Source: Octopus sinensis (taxonomy: Eukaryota). From it: 64,000 bases of DNA. Both the position numbers and the translations under genes were made by a program. Numbering within the stretch: position 1 is the first letter of the stretch; each line of letters opens with the position of its first letter. The notes beneath the pieces are model-generated. The model saw only the letters and a list, made by a program, of their open reading frames with translations, was not told the DNA's origin and searched no databases. Shown in pieces: positions 25,230-37,596 of this stretch. The stretch covers positions 48,794,001-48,858,000 of the forward strand of contig NC_042998.1 in NCBI RefSeq assembly GCF_006345805.1, written 5' to 3'.

Positions 25230-26553
25230 TCAATATATCGAGTGAAATTGCATTTAATTTCTTTTCTAGTACTTTATTGTTATAGGTATTTTTGCCACAA
25301 ACTTCTGCAACAGTGTAAGGACCTGTGTAGCGTTCTGTAAAATGCCCCCCCCCCCCTTCTGTCCTCTCGAATTAGGATTTTGAGCAGAACTTTATTTCCT
25401 ATACTGAACTGTTGTTGTTTGTGTTTTCTATCGTATTGTTTTTTTTCTTTTTTGAATGGACTGAGCTATTCTAATATTGGAGGCAACTCGAGAAATCATA
25501 CTGCCCCGAATAGCTGTCATAACATCAATTTTTCTGGATATAGATTGATCACTTCCAAAACTGTCCCGATCTTTGGCAATTGAGTTGTGCTGTAGTTCAA
25601 CTTGAAGTGTAGCTTGCCTATTGTATAAAATTTGAAACGGAGTAAAATGTGTTGAAGAATGTTTGGCTGTTTGATACGTAAACAAAACTTCTGGTAAGCA
25701 TTCAACCCAGTTTGATAAAAGCATCTTTTATATTGTGATTCTGTCGCTTCACGAGACCATTTGCTTGAGGGTGATAAGCACTTATGTGCTGCTGTGTTTC
25801 TGTCAGTTTGGGTAGTTCTGCAGACACTCTGTTCACGAATTCTCTTCCTTGGTCATTTATCTGAATTTTTATACAGCGATGCCGACATATAACATCCTCA
25901 AAGAGAAACGTTCCCACACTTTCCGCTATGTGGTCTTTCAACGGTCAAGCCACAGACCATTTGGAAAAGAAATCCAATGCAACAACAATGCAACAATAAC
26001 CATCATCTGTTTTCGGCAAATTGGTGATATCGACACCAATTTGGGCCATCATTTCATTTGGCACAGGAACAGGATGAAATTTCCAACATAATTTTATGAA
26101 CAAGGTTCACTTTTCAACACTGATCACAAGACAAAACGAACTCCTTCGTGTCTTTGTCCACATTTTTTCCAATAAAATCTCTCTAAAATTTTAGCCCTTC
26201 TTCTGTCGACACCACGATGACTTCCCAAAGCAGCGGGCAGTATCACTATCTCCACAACCCATGTGAACACTTGAAATAATACTGTTCTGTTCATCCGGAT
26301 TGCGAATGACCAAGACTTCCCGGTACTCATTTTCAGTATTTCTTACTCTCTCGGCTCTGTGACAATAGTAGAGTTGACCACATCGTGCAACATAATGCTT
26401 AGAGGGCCTACGTAGGTCTGCCTTTTCGTTTTTGGACATATGAGGTCCGTATTTGTTGTTAACAACATAATCAAATTTCAAATCAGAGTTGTCAGCTTTG
26501 TCTTGTGTACTAAAAGTAGCCATTCTGGTTATGCTTCTTTCAAATTTCTTCAG
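25230..26553 (-). pseudogene. Decayed Ginger1/GIN-type (Gypsy-integrase-like) transposase
   Basis: N-terminal Y..SKNEKADLRR...GQLYY; H...GSHRGV...ERFYW...CDQC zinc finger; GVDI, INDQGREF, SAYHPQANGLVKRQN (catalytic E reads K); FTPFQILY; C-terminal YTGPYTV. Several stops and frameshifts; no RT or RNase H adjacent. Confidence 0.8.
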
Positions 26554-26659
26554 CTGTAAGTAACTAAGTGAAAACAACTAAATGAAAGCTCTGACTTTCT
26601 CTTTGATTTACATTACTTTCTCTTTCATTATGCGTAAATCAGAAACCATTATCATGGCT

Positions 26660-27610
26660 TTTTGAGCAGTGGGTTGGCAGAATCGTTACAACATCGATAT
26701 TTATTATTTCAAGGCGGTGAGTTGGCAGAAACGTTAGCACGCCGGGCGAAATACGTAGCCGTATTTCGTCTATCGTTACGTTCTGAGTTCAAATTCCGCC
26801 GAGGTCGACTTTGCCTTTCATCCTTTCGGGATCGATAAATTAAGTACCAGTTACGCGCTGGGGTTGATGTAATCGACTTAATCCGTTTGTCTGTCTTTGT
26901 TTGTCTCCTCTGTGTTTAGTCCCTTGTGGGTAGTAAAGAAATAGGTATTTCTTCCATCTTCACGTCCTGAGTTCAAATTCCACCGAAGCCGACTTTGCCA
27001 TTCATCCTTTTGAAGTCGATAAAATAAGTACCAGTTGAACACCAGATGTAATCGACTTGGTCCCTCCCTCAAGCCTGCTGGCCTTGTTCCAAAATTTGAA
27101 ACCAATATTCATTTTTTTTTCGGTGCTACGAGCTGGCAGAATCGTTAACTCACCAGGCAAAATGTTTAGCGGAATTTCGTCCGTCTTTACGTTCCGAGTT
27201 CAAATTCTGCCGAGGTCGACTTTGCCGTTCAACCTTTCGGAGTCGATAAAATAAGTACCAGTTGAACACTGGGATCGATGTAATCGTCTTAGCCCTCCTC
27301 TGAAATTGCTGGCCTTGTACCAAAATGTGAAACCGATATTTGTTCCGGTTCTTTATGCTCTCCGTTCGAATCCCTCTGTCCTCCGAAGTCAACAAAATGA
27401 AGTACCATGCTAAAATAAGAAGGCGTTATTATTATCATTAACCTTGTTGCAGAGGGCGGTGGGTTGACAGAATCGTTGGCATGTCGAAAACATTGCTGGT
27501 CCACGTTTCTTCCGTCTCTTTATTTTCTGAGTTGAAATTCCGCGGAGGTCGACTTTCCTCTTCAGCCTATCGTGGTAACAGTCGAGCACTAGGTTGAACG
27601 CCCCCAAATT
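26660..27610 (+). mobile_element. Head-to-tail array of about 5 family A SINEs
   Basis: Heads or cores near 26670, 26712, 26960, 27125 and 27455. Confidence 0.9.
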
Positions 27611-28530
27611 ATCTAAAGTAGTAAGAATTATATTTGTTGTTATTGTTCTGTTGATGTTGTTTCCTCAACTAATAATGCTTTTGATATAGAAGTTTTGCGG
27701 GATTCTTGTTTTTTATTATTTCGATAGTGAATGAAGTGCTTCGAAGTAGTGTGTGTGTCATTTACAAAAAAATACAATGTAACAAGGAGAAAGAGAGAGA
27801 GAGAGAATTGTGGTGGGGTGGAGAATGAATTAGATCCTTTCATAAAGGGGAACATATCAGCAGTCCTTCAGAAAAATCCTAAAAAATAAACTTAGACTAA
27901 ATGAACTTCCTAAATCATGTTCAACAAATTTTAAAAAAAAAGAATTAAAATTACTCAAATTGATAAACTGTTCTATTTTAGCTTTATTTTAAACCCTCCC
28001 CTCCCCCCCCTCTCTCTCTCTCTCTCTAAAATACAAAAATAATTAAATTCAAAAATGTTCCTTCTGAAACCAAATAAAGAAATAAGAGAGAGGGAGAGAT
28101 AAAAGAAGCTGAAATTGAGTAATATCAATTTAGAAAATTAGTCAGAAAAAATAAAAATTAAGGGAAATGAGTGAAAATTAAAGACAATTACAGTATAAAA
28201 GAATAACTATGTTATTAACATTAAGGAATCCGGGGTCAGGGTGGGGGGGGGGAGCACGACTTACTATTTTATTCGTTAATTTTTATTATGTAGCAGCCAT
28301 TTTTTTCTTCATTTTATCTTTTTATTTAATATGAAAAATGCTGCTGTCTTGCATAAGCGACAAAAATGATATTATGTAACACATTTTTATGCTTTAAACA
28401 AAGGTCGTTTATATAACAAACTGTAACCTGTTGTGGAAACTGATCCCTGAAAAGCCGACGAAGGTGCTTCTGTAGTTGTACAAATTGCTACAAATGTCAA
28501 CCAAATTGTCCTTACATTAGGCCTTCACAG

Positions 28531-28946
28531 GGATCTTTTCGGTTTGAACGGCAGTTTTTAACTTAATTTCTAGGTAACTAAAAAATTTTAAACTTCGTAC
28601 ACTGGTAGAATGTGTTTATAAAACATCTTTTTCTCTTGGCTTTATTCAGAAAATTCTATAGTTTGTTAGATATTTGTTGTTTTTTTTCTTCAATTTCTGC
28701 AATTTCAACCAATCAATGACGTCTATTGAGGTGAAAACATTCTGTGCCGTATGAATATGTCCCTCGTTTAAGAAACAGATTGGGTTTTTTTACATTTGTG
28801 AAGAAAAAAGATACCCTTCCCCCCATCCCCTAACCCTAACCCTAAAACAGATTGAAATGCAATAGATCGATACTAGGGTCATAATTATGGGTGACAATTT
28901 CATATGACACTGCTAGAAAAAACTGCCGTTCAAACCGAAAAGATCT
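28531..28946. mobile_element. MITE, copy 1 (TIR GGATCTTTTCGGTTTGAACGGCAGTTTTT)
   Basis: 28-bp perfect TIR core; whole interior is the reverse complement of 30022-30439; no TSD visible. Confidence 0.9.
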
Positions 28947-29755
28947 GAATAAACAAAAGATTGGTTGCGACTGGAAGGCTTTTGAACATAGTCACATGTC
29001 ATCAAATGTTTTGCAATATTGAATCATTCGAACTCCATCAGCGTAAATATTTTAAATGCGTTAAAAGAATAAATCTGGGAATGTATCTGTACTCGATAAT
29101 GACTAATTGCACTGGGTAAGTTAAGATATAAACCCTTTACCAGAGAACTTTTCTCCCAAAATATATTAAGTAGCTAATTGATTTTAATAAGTTGGATATT
29201 ACTGCAAAAACAAGCGTATGTTGTCTTAGAAGGAAAAGAAGCATGTTTTACGATGGTTTGGGTATAATGTTGGTCTCTCTAAGATTTAGGTACTTATTCT
29301 GAACTGGCTGTAAATGTATATTCATTGTGAGATTTTCCCAATATTTAAGATTAATATACGCTCGTGATTCCCCCTGTGGTCACAGCTATTACAAGGGAAA
29401 TAATCTTTTCTTAATAATATGAGGTGGGATTAAAAAATTGAATTTGAAATTGAGGAAATATAAGGAATAAGAGACATACAATTCACTGATTTATTTACTG
29501 TGTTTTTTTCATTTTTTTACTTCTAAAGAAGTTTTCCATGCATTCTTGAGCTGTCAGTAGGATTTCATTCGCCATATTTTTTTTTCAAAGAAATACTTCA
29601 ATTTCGTCAGCGTCTGATCTTATCAAAATATTATTGATTTTATAACTTAGTTGAAAACAGTTGTATTTATTTATTTATCTATTTTTGAGCTGGTGGAATA
29701 GTCTGTTAAACCAGCTCTAGGTTACTTGACTGGTATGTTATTCTATCGACCTGGA

Positions 29756-30010
29756 GACGGCGAGCTGGCAGAATCGTTAGCGGATTCAGGCAAAAATGCT
29801 TAGCAACTATTTCTTTCGGATCATTACGTTCTACGTACGCTCAGACTCCACCGACGTCGACTTTACCTTTTGTGCTTGCGGAGATCGATAAAATAAGCAC
29901 CCTTTGAACACTGGCGTTGATGTAATCGACGTACAACACCCAACTCCTCTCTCACCAGCCCCTTCCCTCCCCCTTAAAGATTGCAGGCCTTGTGTCAAAA
30001 TTTGAAACCA
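29756..30010 (+). mobile_element. SINE family A
   Basis: Head and body motifs. Confidence 0.85.
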
Positions 30011-30021
30011 TTATTTTATCA

Positions 30022-30439
30022 GGATCTTTTCGGTTTGAACGGCAGTTTTTCTAGCGGTGTCATATGAAATTGTCACCCATAATTATGACCCTAGTATCGA
30101 TCTATTGCATTTCAATCTGTTTTAAGGTTAGGGTTAGAGTTAGAGTGGGGGTAAGGGTATCTTTTTTCTTCACAAATGTAAATAAACCTAATCTGTTTGT
30201 TAAACGAGGGACATTTTCATACGGCAGAGAATGTTTTCACCTCAATAGACGTCATTGATTGGTTGAAATTGCAGAAATTGAAAATATATATATATATATC
30301 TTACAAACTATAGAATTTTCTCAATAAAGCCAAGAGAAAAAGATGTTTTATAAACACATTCTACCAGTATACGAAGTTTTAAAATGTTTAGTTACGTGGA
30401 AATTATTTTAAAAAACTGCCGTTCAAACCGAAAAGATCC
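30022..30439. mobile_element. MITE, copy 2, with perfect 8-bp TSD TTTTATCA
   Basis: TSD at 30014-30021 and 30440-30447; 29-bp TIRs starting GG. GG termini plus an 8-bp TSD are compatible with Merlin, not proven. Confidence 0.92.
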
Positions 30440-30879
30440 TTTTATCAACCTTGAAATTACCAAAGACACATTTAAAACCGCAGCGGAATTCGAAATCAGA
30501 ACGTAGGTAACATGCATATAAGATTCTACCAGACAACCGATATTTTCTCACCTGCGCAGCATTATTAATAATGTTAGAAAGTCGGAATTAAAATATTTAT
30601 AAACAAATTTCATTCTCCTGTGAACAGAATATTTTATAAGATCTGTGGAAATACTAAGCAATTTAATATGAGTTTTATTTTCTAAAAAAAAAATTGGAGT
30701 CAAAGTAAAAAAGTGTTGATGCAAAACGAGCCAGGAAATTGTAACTGGAAATTTTCATAACGAATGCTTTTAAAATACACGGAGACGGAGAGAAATGTAT
30801 GTATAGTATATATGTTGTGTGTACACAAAGCCTACACATATACGAATGTGTGGAAAAACGTGTGTTTGTATATACGAAA

Positions 30880-31091
30880 CTAATTAAGCTTATGTGTACA
30901 TATACATATGCATATATATATATATATATATATGCATTATGAATATAAGTATGGATATATATATGCGCACATGTGTGTGTAACATATATATATATATATA
31001 TACATGCATACAAATATATATGCACATACATATAAATATATACATACATACATACATACATACATACATACAAATATATATACACACAAAC

Positions 31092-31134
<43 letters not shown>

Positions 31135-31184
31135 CATACATATATATATATATATACAACATGCATATATATATACACATATAC

Positions 31185-31215
<31 letters not shown>

Positions 31216-31316
31216 CAACATACATATATATATATATATACACATATATATTTACACATACAGATATACATACATATATATATACATATATACACATACA
31301 TTCACACACACACACT

Positions 31317-31400
<84 letters not shown>
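30880..31400. repeat. Degenerate (TA)n/(TACA)n array
   Basis: Direct reading. Confidence 0.95.
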
Positions 31401-31669
31401 CGACAGAGAGATATTCACACGCATAGATAGACAACCACGCGTGCATTCACTGATATTTCAAAGTCATTGGCGTCACCTTAATTTAGATAAATAAATTACC
31501 TTCGAGATGCTATATCGGAAACTTAAAGAAGGAAGTTCTTGATTTCTGCACGGATATGTGTGTGACATTTCAGTAAGAAATCAATTATTTTCAAAGAAAA
31601 TCCCCCTGAAGCTGGACCGTTCGTATTAATTACTACAATGTCAATATAGCGTAGATTATCTTTCAACTT

Positions 31670-32340
31670 CTGCCGGTTTCAGTCATTGGACTGCAGCCAT
31701 GCTGAAACTCTGCACTGAAGGAGTTGATCGAAGAGATCAGTCCTCCTCCCCCACTCCCATCCCATAGTTATTATTCAAGTCTGGTACTTATTCTATTGGT
31801 CTCTGTTGCCTTAAGAAACCGCTAAGTGGTAGGGACATAAACAAACCGTCACCAATTTTCAAGCGATGGTGGGAGACAAACTCAATGACAGCCATGCAGG
31901 GACCGTCTTGTTGAGACACGTTCTTTTCTTTCTAATCTTTCTTTTTCCTCATCTATGCTTTCCGTACAAGAACGTATGCCCGAGACGTTAAAGACTTCTT
32001 CCAAATTTCCTGAGCGTCTACCTAATGCATTGTTTATTTGTTTTTACCTCGTCTTCGTGTTTTTTATTTTTGTACTATGATATTACACATAGTTCCGAGT
32101 TCACTCCCATTGTGTGGCTCCTTGAGCAAACATCTTTTATTATAGCCTCGGGTTAACCAAACCCTGTGAGTGGATTGTGTAGACGAAACTGAAAGAAATT
32201 CGTTGTATGTGTGTGTACGTGTGTTCGTCCGTCCGCCGCCGCCACCACTTGATAACCGATGTTGGTGTGTTTACATCCCCGTAACTTAGCGGTTCGGCAA
32301 AAGTTATTGATAGAATACGTACCAGATAGAATGTGTCCCA
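31670..32340. mobile_element. Family B tail (minus, about 31670-31880), pLTR-like relic (plus, about 31950-32085) and partial family B (plus, about 32085-32340)
   Basis: Family B motifs; CCTGAGCGTC preceded by a degenerate ...CCCGAGACGTTAAAG HHR-like stretch. Confidence 0.7.
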
Positions 32341-32402
32341 GATTAGTTCCACTAAAATTCCTCAAAGCGGTGAAAGATAAAAGGTATACATATATACTTT
32401 AT

Positions 32403-32635
32403 AGGCGGCGAGCTGGCAGAAACGTTAGCACGCCGGGCGAAATGCGTAGCCGTATTTCGTCTGTCGTTACATTGTGAGTTCAAATTCCGCCGAGGTCGAC
32501 TTTGCCTTCCATCCTTTCGGGGTCGATAAATTAAGTACCAGTTACGCACTGGGGTCGATGTAATCGACTTAATACCTATGTCTGTCCTTGTTTGTCCCCT
32601 CTGTGTTTAGCCCCTTGTGGGTAATAAAGAAATAA
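32403..32635 (+). mobile_element. Full-length, low-divergence SINE family A
   Basis: GGCGGCGAGCTGGCAGAAACG through GGGTAATAAAGAAAT; closely matches 26712-26950. Confidence 0.92.
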
Positions 32636-33633
32636 GTATACATATATACTAGATCTAGTTAAATTTATTCGCAGAATCTGCATTTTTTAAAAGGAACTAA
32701 AAAATCTGAAAATCGGTTATATTGAAGCAGTTTCCACTCTTATTCCTGTGAAGCCATGATCTTGCAGAGAAAAAAATTTGACGAAAAAGTTACAGTTGTT
32801 TAAAAATCGAAAAAAACTGTATTTTTAGCCAGTAGTGAGACAGAAATTTTCTGCGTTGTAGCGGTGTCAGCGTTAAGGTTGTACAATATATTTGTCTGCA
32901 TATGCTTGCCTTATGCATATTTCAGTATTATGTATACCTGCCATGTATTTGTGTACAGCATTAATATATATGTGCAAGTGATATGTGCTGTGGTATACAC
33001 TCAGCCAGTTATATGTTATTAGAATGTGTAACCATAAGACTACAAGCCAACAGAATCATTAACACGCTGGAAAAAATGCTTTACATGCTGAGTTCAAATT
33101 CCACCTAGGTTGACTTTGCCGTTCATCCTTTGAGGGTTGATAAAGTAAGTACCAGTTCAGTTGATCATACAGCTGAAATGATCGTCCTAGAAAATACCTA
33201 GGATCTAGTTAAATTCATTCACAAAATCAGCCCATTTCCTTTAGTTTTTGTTTACTTATACACATCAGCAAATGAGCCAATGAAGTAATCTCTGTGTGTT
33301 GCTAGAATTAACAGCCAAATATCCCTCACACTATGCTCTAAAATTTTAAAAATGAAGAACACTTGAAATAATGCTGTATTACATCTTCAATAAAAATACA
33401 GAATGGCTTATAATGGCCTGACTTGGGTTTCAACTGAGAGGCATTCGTAGCAACCATTGCGAATGCACCGCCAAAACAAATTCCCACGAACCACTTTCTT
33501 ACGCATGACGTGCCTAGATTTACGGCACCTCATTTTTTTTTAGGGATAACACCCTTTTCTTGCAAATAGTTTACTGCATCCACCTCTGTTTTCAAAATCT
33601 CCTTCAGAGTGATACAATTAAATGGCTTGAAAC

Positions 33634-33663
<30 letters not shown>

Positions 33664-33666
<3 letters not shown>

Positions 33667-33987
33667 GTGAATTTGCGTGTGTAATCTGGGAATGCACACA
33701 ATGAGCTTCTCTGCCCTAGGTGTATGGAAAACACCAGGCGAAAAACGGAAGAAAATTGAAGAAAGATGGAAAAAACATAATAATAATAATAAATAATAAT
33801 AATAATAACAACAACAACAACAACAATACTACTACTACTAATAATAATAATAATAATAAATAATAATAATAATAACGTGAATTTGCGTGTGTAATCTGGG
33901 AATGCACACAATGAGCTTCTCTGCCCTAGGTGTATGGAAAACACCAGGCGAAAAACGGAAGAAAATTTGAAGAAAGATGGAAAAAAC

Positions 33988-34026
<39 letters not shown>

Positions 34027-34095
34027 TAATAATAATAATAACAACAACAACAACAACAATACTACTACTACTACTAATAATAATAATAATAATAG
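33664..34095 (+). repeat. Tandem duplication, period 210 bp (about 114-bp core plus AAT/AAC/TAC microsatellite)
   Basis: Cores at 33664 and 33874 differ by one inserted T. Confidence 0.95.
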
Positions 34096-34302
34096 CAATA
34101 ATAATAATAAACAGAAATACTATACGAAATATATGTAAAATAAATATATGAATAATATATGAAAAATATGTAAAATATTAAGACAATTGACGAAAAGTAT
34201 CTACAATGAAATTCTAATTGATAAATATAAATTTTTACTAAAACGAAACATGCTGGTGAAGTGAATCTCGTAGTGTGGAGAATCAACACAACACAACGTG
34301 CG

Positions 34303-34348
34303 GTTGTCATGGTAACAAGCTGTTAATGCCTCCCTGTCTGTTGATTGG
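34303..34348. promoter_or_regulatory. RFX X-box-like motif with nearby CCAAT box
   Basis: GTTGTCATGGTAAC (34303-34316) fits GTTRYC-AT-RGYAAC; GATTGG at 34343-34348. Function is untested. Confidence 0.4.
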
Positions 34349-34408
34349 CTAAAATTACCCAAATTTTCCCAACTGTAATTCCAAATAACACCAGGTTCTT
34401 CAATTTAC

Positions 34409-34650
34409 GGGCATATGGCGTAGTGGTTAAGAGCGCGGGCTACTAACCCCAAGATTCCGAGATCGATTCCAGGCAGTGACCTGAATAATAATAATAACAT
34501 CGAAAAATACCTTATGAATGAGAACCCAGGTTCGAAATTTCCCCAAGACACCTGATGAAAGCTGGAGGGTATATCAGCCGAAATGCTGTGTTAACAACAA
34601 ACGAGATGAGGACAAATATCCGTCAAATGTAAATAATGTATATAGCAATT
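34409..34650 (+). mobile_element. tRNA-headed SINE carrying an HHR-like motif
   Basis: Box A TGGCGTAGTGG (34416-34426), box B-like GAGATCGATTCC (34459-34470), (AAT)n linker, HHR-like motif at 34548-34591. Confidence 0.8.
34548..34591 (+). ncRNA. Minimal type I hammerhead-like motif, mutated in stem III
   Basis: ACAC-CTGATGA-A[AGCTG..CAGCC]-GAAA-TGCT-GTGT. Stem I ACAC/GTGT is perfect; TGCT would need to be CGTT (or similar) for a canonical core. Confidence 0.65.
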
Positions 34651-34771
34651 AGTTGAGCGATACACCACAACTGCATCGATACACCAAAATTGAAAACAAT
34701 ATGAGCAAAATTAAAGGGTGTTGATTTTGTGAATGAATTTAACTAGATTCTATGTACTTTTTTTTCGTATT

Positions 34772-35139
34772 ATACTCTTATATAAAATCCGTTCTGTCTG
34801 TCTGTGTGTCTTCTGGGGTATCGGGCATCCTCCATTCGGTTGCGCTCAAATTTGATATGTAGATACCGACGGTATCAAGGCGTGTATAAGTCTTGAAAAA
34901 ATTACAAAAATCGATTCCAGGTGAGAATGCGATCTATAAAACCGTGGGAAATCGTTTTTCTTTGGAATAGAAAAAAAGTCTACTTTTATTTCTTCTTTTG
35001 CTGGTGTCTCAAATTTAGGTTAAATCAGTGTTTCTCAAAGAGGAAGCCTATGGGATGGTCGGACAAGTTGTTTTGAGAAAATTTGGATTAAATGTTTGAC
35101 AACTCAGCACCGTCCATTGCACGGGAGGCGTGTTGCTCG
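34772..35139 (+). mobile_element. Non-autonomous Helitron-like element
   Basis: 5' TC..TATATAAAA then (TCTG)n; 3' hairpin CCGT-CCATTGC-ACGG, 11 nt before CTCG|T (a CTRR variant). Confidence 0.55.
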
Positions 35140-36479
35140 TATAGTATAAAAACAAAGGGGTACCTTTCACATACTTCACCCCCGATCAAAAGCACATCTC
35201 AGGCCCAGGCCTACTGACCTTTCCGTTCCCTACGTTTGGTCTGTTTAATTAATCAGATCAGATTTAATGCCGACCTGGGGCTAAAAAAAAACGATTGAAT
35301 ACGTGTTGCGTCAGATAGAAACTTATACTACGTAATTATTCATTCGTTTCTATTAAGTTGAGCCGTTGTACGAGCGCTTCTTTCAAGCAATTGTCGTTTT
35401 TACCAGCCAACGAAGCATTCCTCAATTGCATCCGTTGTTGTTGTTGTTGTTGTGGTTGTGGTGGTGGTGTGGTGGTATAGCTAGTATTGCTGTTGTTTAA
35501 CCCTAAGTCATCCCATTATCAAGTAAACCATATGATCAAAGGTATTCATTCATTCAAGTCATGCTCAACAGTCATTTTTTTTTCCTTCTGTTTTTTTTTT
35601 TTAAATTATTTTTGTTCATGCATTATGTATCCCGGAGTACATTATCCAAAATGTCCCTTTTTTTTTCGAAGAAAGTGGGGCAGAATATCAGTAGGACTTG
35701 ATTTCTTTAATTTTCATATTTCATTTTTATTTATTTATTTTATATGACAGAGATGAAGACCGGTTACATCCATGACCGTTTTTTCAGGGACACCGAGATT
35801 GATGGGAGGAATTTTGTCACTCCCTTCTTTCTTTCTCTCTCTCCACTTCTCTCTCTCTCTCTCTCTTTTCCTCCCTCCTCCCCACTCTCTGTCTCTTTTC
35901 CCTCTCTCTCTCTCTCTCTTTCAGAAAACTGATCTGTTGCATGCCATAAAGAGAGTTGTCTCTTTTTTTTCTCTTTTTGCATGTAGCCCATTGCCCTTTT
36001 GAAACTATCGGCAACAACATTGTTCAGATATGTTGTAGCATTTGAACAAGACTCAAACAACACCTAGATGAATGTATAATACATGAGAGACAGAGACAAA
36101 AAGAGAGAGACAGAGAGAGACAGAGCTTTATTCCATTCTTCCTTTGCTGCCTGACCAGATTCAATGTTAGGCAAGATCAATTCATGAATTCATCTGTTCT
36201 TAGTATCTAAAATCTTAATTCTTCCATTATCGGTCACGCAATGGTGCTACATGACATTTCATCTCTCCAAAATTGATGGTTATGTGTTCTTTTAAAGTTG
36301 TCTTTCTTACTTTTTTTTTCTATTTATTTATTTTTTTTTTAAATATTTATTCATTCTATGGAGTTAAGCAGAGCAGAATTCGGTATCTGTATTGCGATTT
36401 CCCCCACATGAATTATGCAATTGTGTATTATGTAACATGAAATAAAAGCTTGGGTTTGAGTTTTGCCTATCTCCCAATA

Positions 36480-36738
36480 AGTATATATGCAAACAGAGAG
36501 ACATACATACATATATACAGATGTATATGTGTGTGTGTGTGTGTGTGTATGTGTGTATACATTCATATATACATATATATTTATATATGTAAATATATAT
36601 ATATATATATATACACACACATATATATATATATATATACATATATATATACATATATATATATACATATATATATATACATATATATATACATATATAT
36701 ATATACATACATATATATATACATATATATACATATAC

Positions 36739-36800
<62 letters not shown>
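36480..36800. repeat. (TA)n/(TACA)n array
   Basis: Direct reading. Confidence 0.95.
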
Positions 36801-36802
<2 letters not shown>

Positions 36803-37049
36803 GTGCGGTATTGATGTTTGCAGTGTCGAAAAATCTATCCTGGATAAAATGCAGTTGAGCACCATTTAGCTGTCTACTATAGATTATCGGTAATAAAAAC
36901 CGAGCACATTGTATTATGTATATAAATGCGTGTGTGTGAACGCGCGCATATACATACATACATATATATATATATATAGCCATGCTTGGAGCATATATTT
37001 CAAGAATATACCCCATTACGTACCCCATTACATCGAATCCAGGATTTAT

Positions 37050-37210
37050 TTATTTAATTTATTGACTGATAGTTATTTTGTAGACCTCTTAAGGATGAAA
37101 GGCAAAAATTGACTCAGGAGAGATTTGAATTCAAAGCCTAATGGAATGCAACAATAAATCAAAAGAAACTTTGTTCGACGCACCAATGAACTCTGTCATC
37201 TGCCGCCCGT
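37050..37210 (-). mobile_element. Degenerate SINE family A (minus)
   Basis: Reverse complement reads GAATTCAAATCTC..GAGTCAATTTTTGCCTTTCATCC. Confidence 0.7.
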
Positions 37211-37286
37211 TTATATACTATATGCCTGTAGTCAGATACACAATTTTCCCCTTTTCTTGCTATTTTTGTCTTCCTTGGTCTAGAAT

Positions 37287-37596
37287 TAGTGATTCTCAAC
37301 CAGGGTCCGTATGACTTCTGGGAGCCCGTATAAGAGTTTTGGAGTTCTACACAGGCAAAATAGCAAATTGAGAATCCACAGTAGTATTTTAAAGGTCCAT
37401 TAAAGAAACAGCTGGGTTTCTTTCTCTAACGTTTTACATTGTTCAATCAACACGTGTGAAAAACGAAATAGGAATTTTGAAAGAAGTGCCTATAACACTA
37501 GTTTTTAAACATTGAATGGCTATGGGGATCTACCAGCCTAAAATAATAATCAAAGAGGTCTGTAAATAAAATTCAAAAAATAGTTGAGAATCACTG
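37287..37596. mobile_element. hAT-like MITE
   Basis: TIRs TAGTGATTCTCAAC / GTTGAGAATCACTG; no clear TSD. Confidence 0.75.

Larger units (their letters stand above)
33201..34750. mobile_element. Candidate TIR element with TA flanks, filled with later insertions
   Basis: Perfect 27-bp inverted pair ATCTAGTTAAATTCATTCACAAAATCA (33203-33229 / 34722-34748); TA at 33199-33200 and 34751-34752; a third degenerate end near 32646. Confidence 0.55.

Noticed and set aside
26660-27610. Regularly spaced repeats that could suggest a CRISPR array
   Set aside because: Units are 150-240-bp diverged SINE copies with Pol III boxes; no short identical repeats with unique spacers, and no cas genes.
28825-28845. 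Telomeric-type repeats
   Set aside because: Only 2-3 imperfect units inside a MITE; not a telomere or fusion site.
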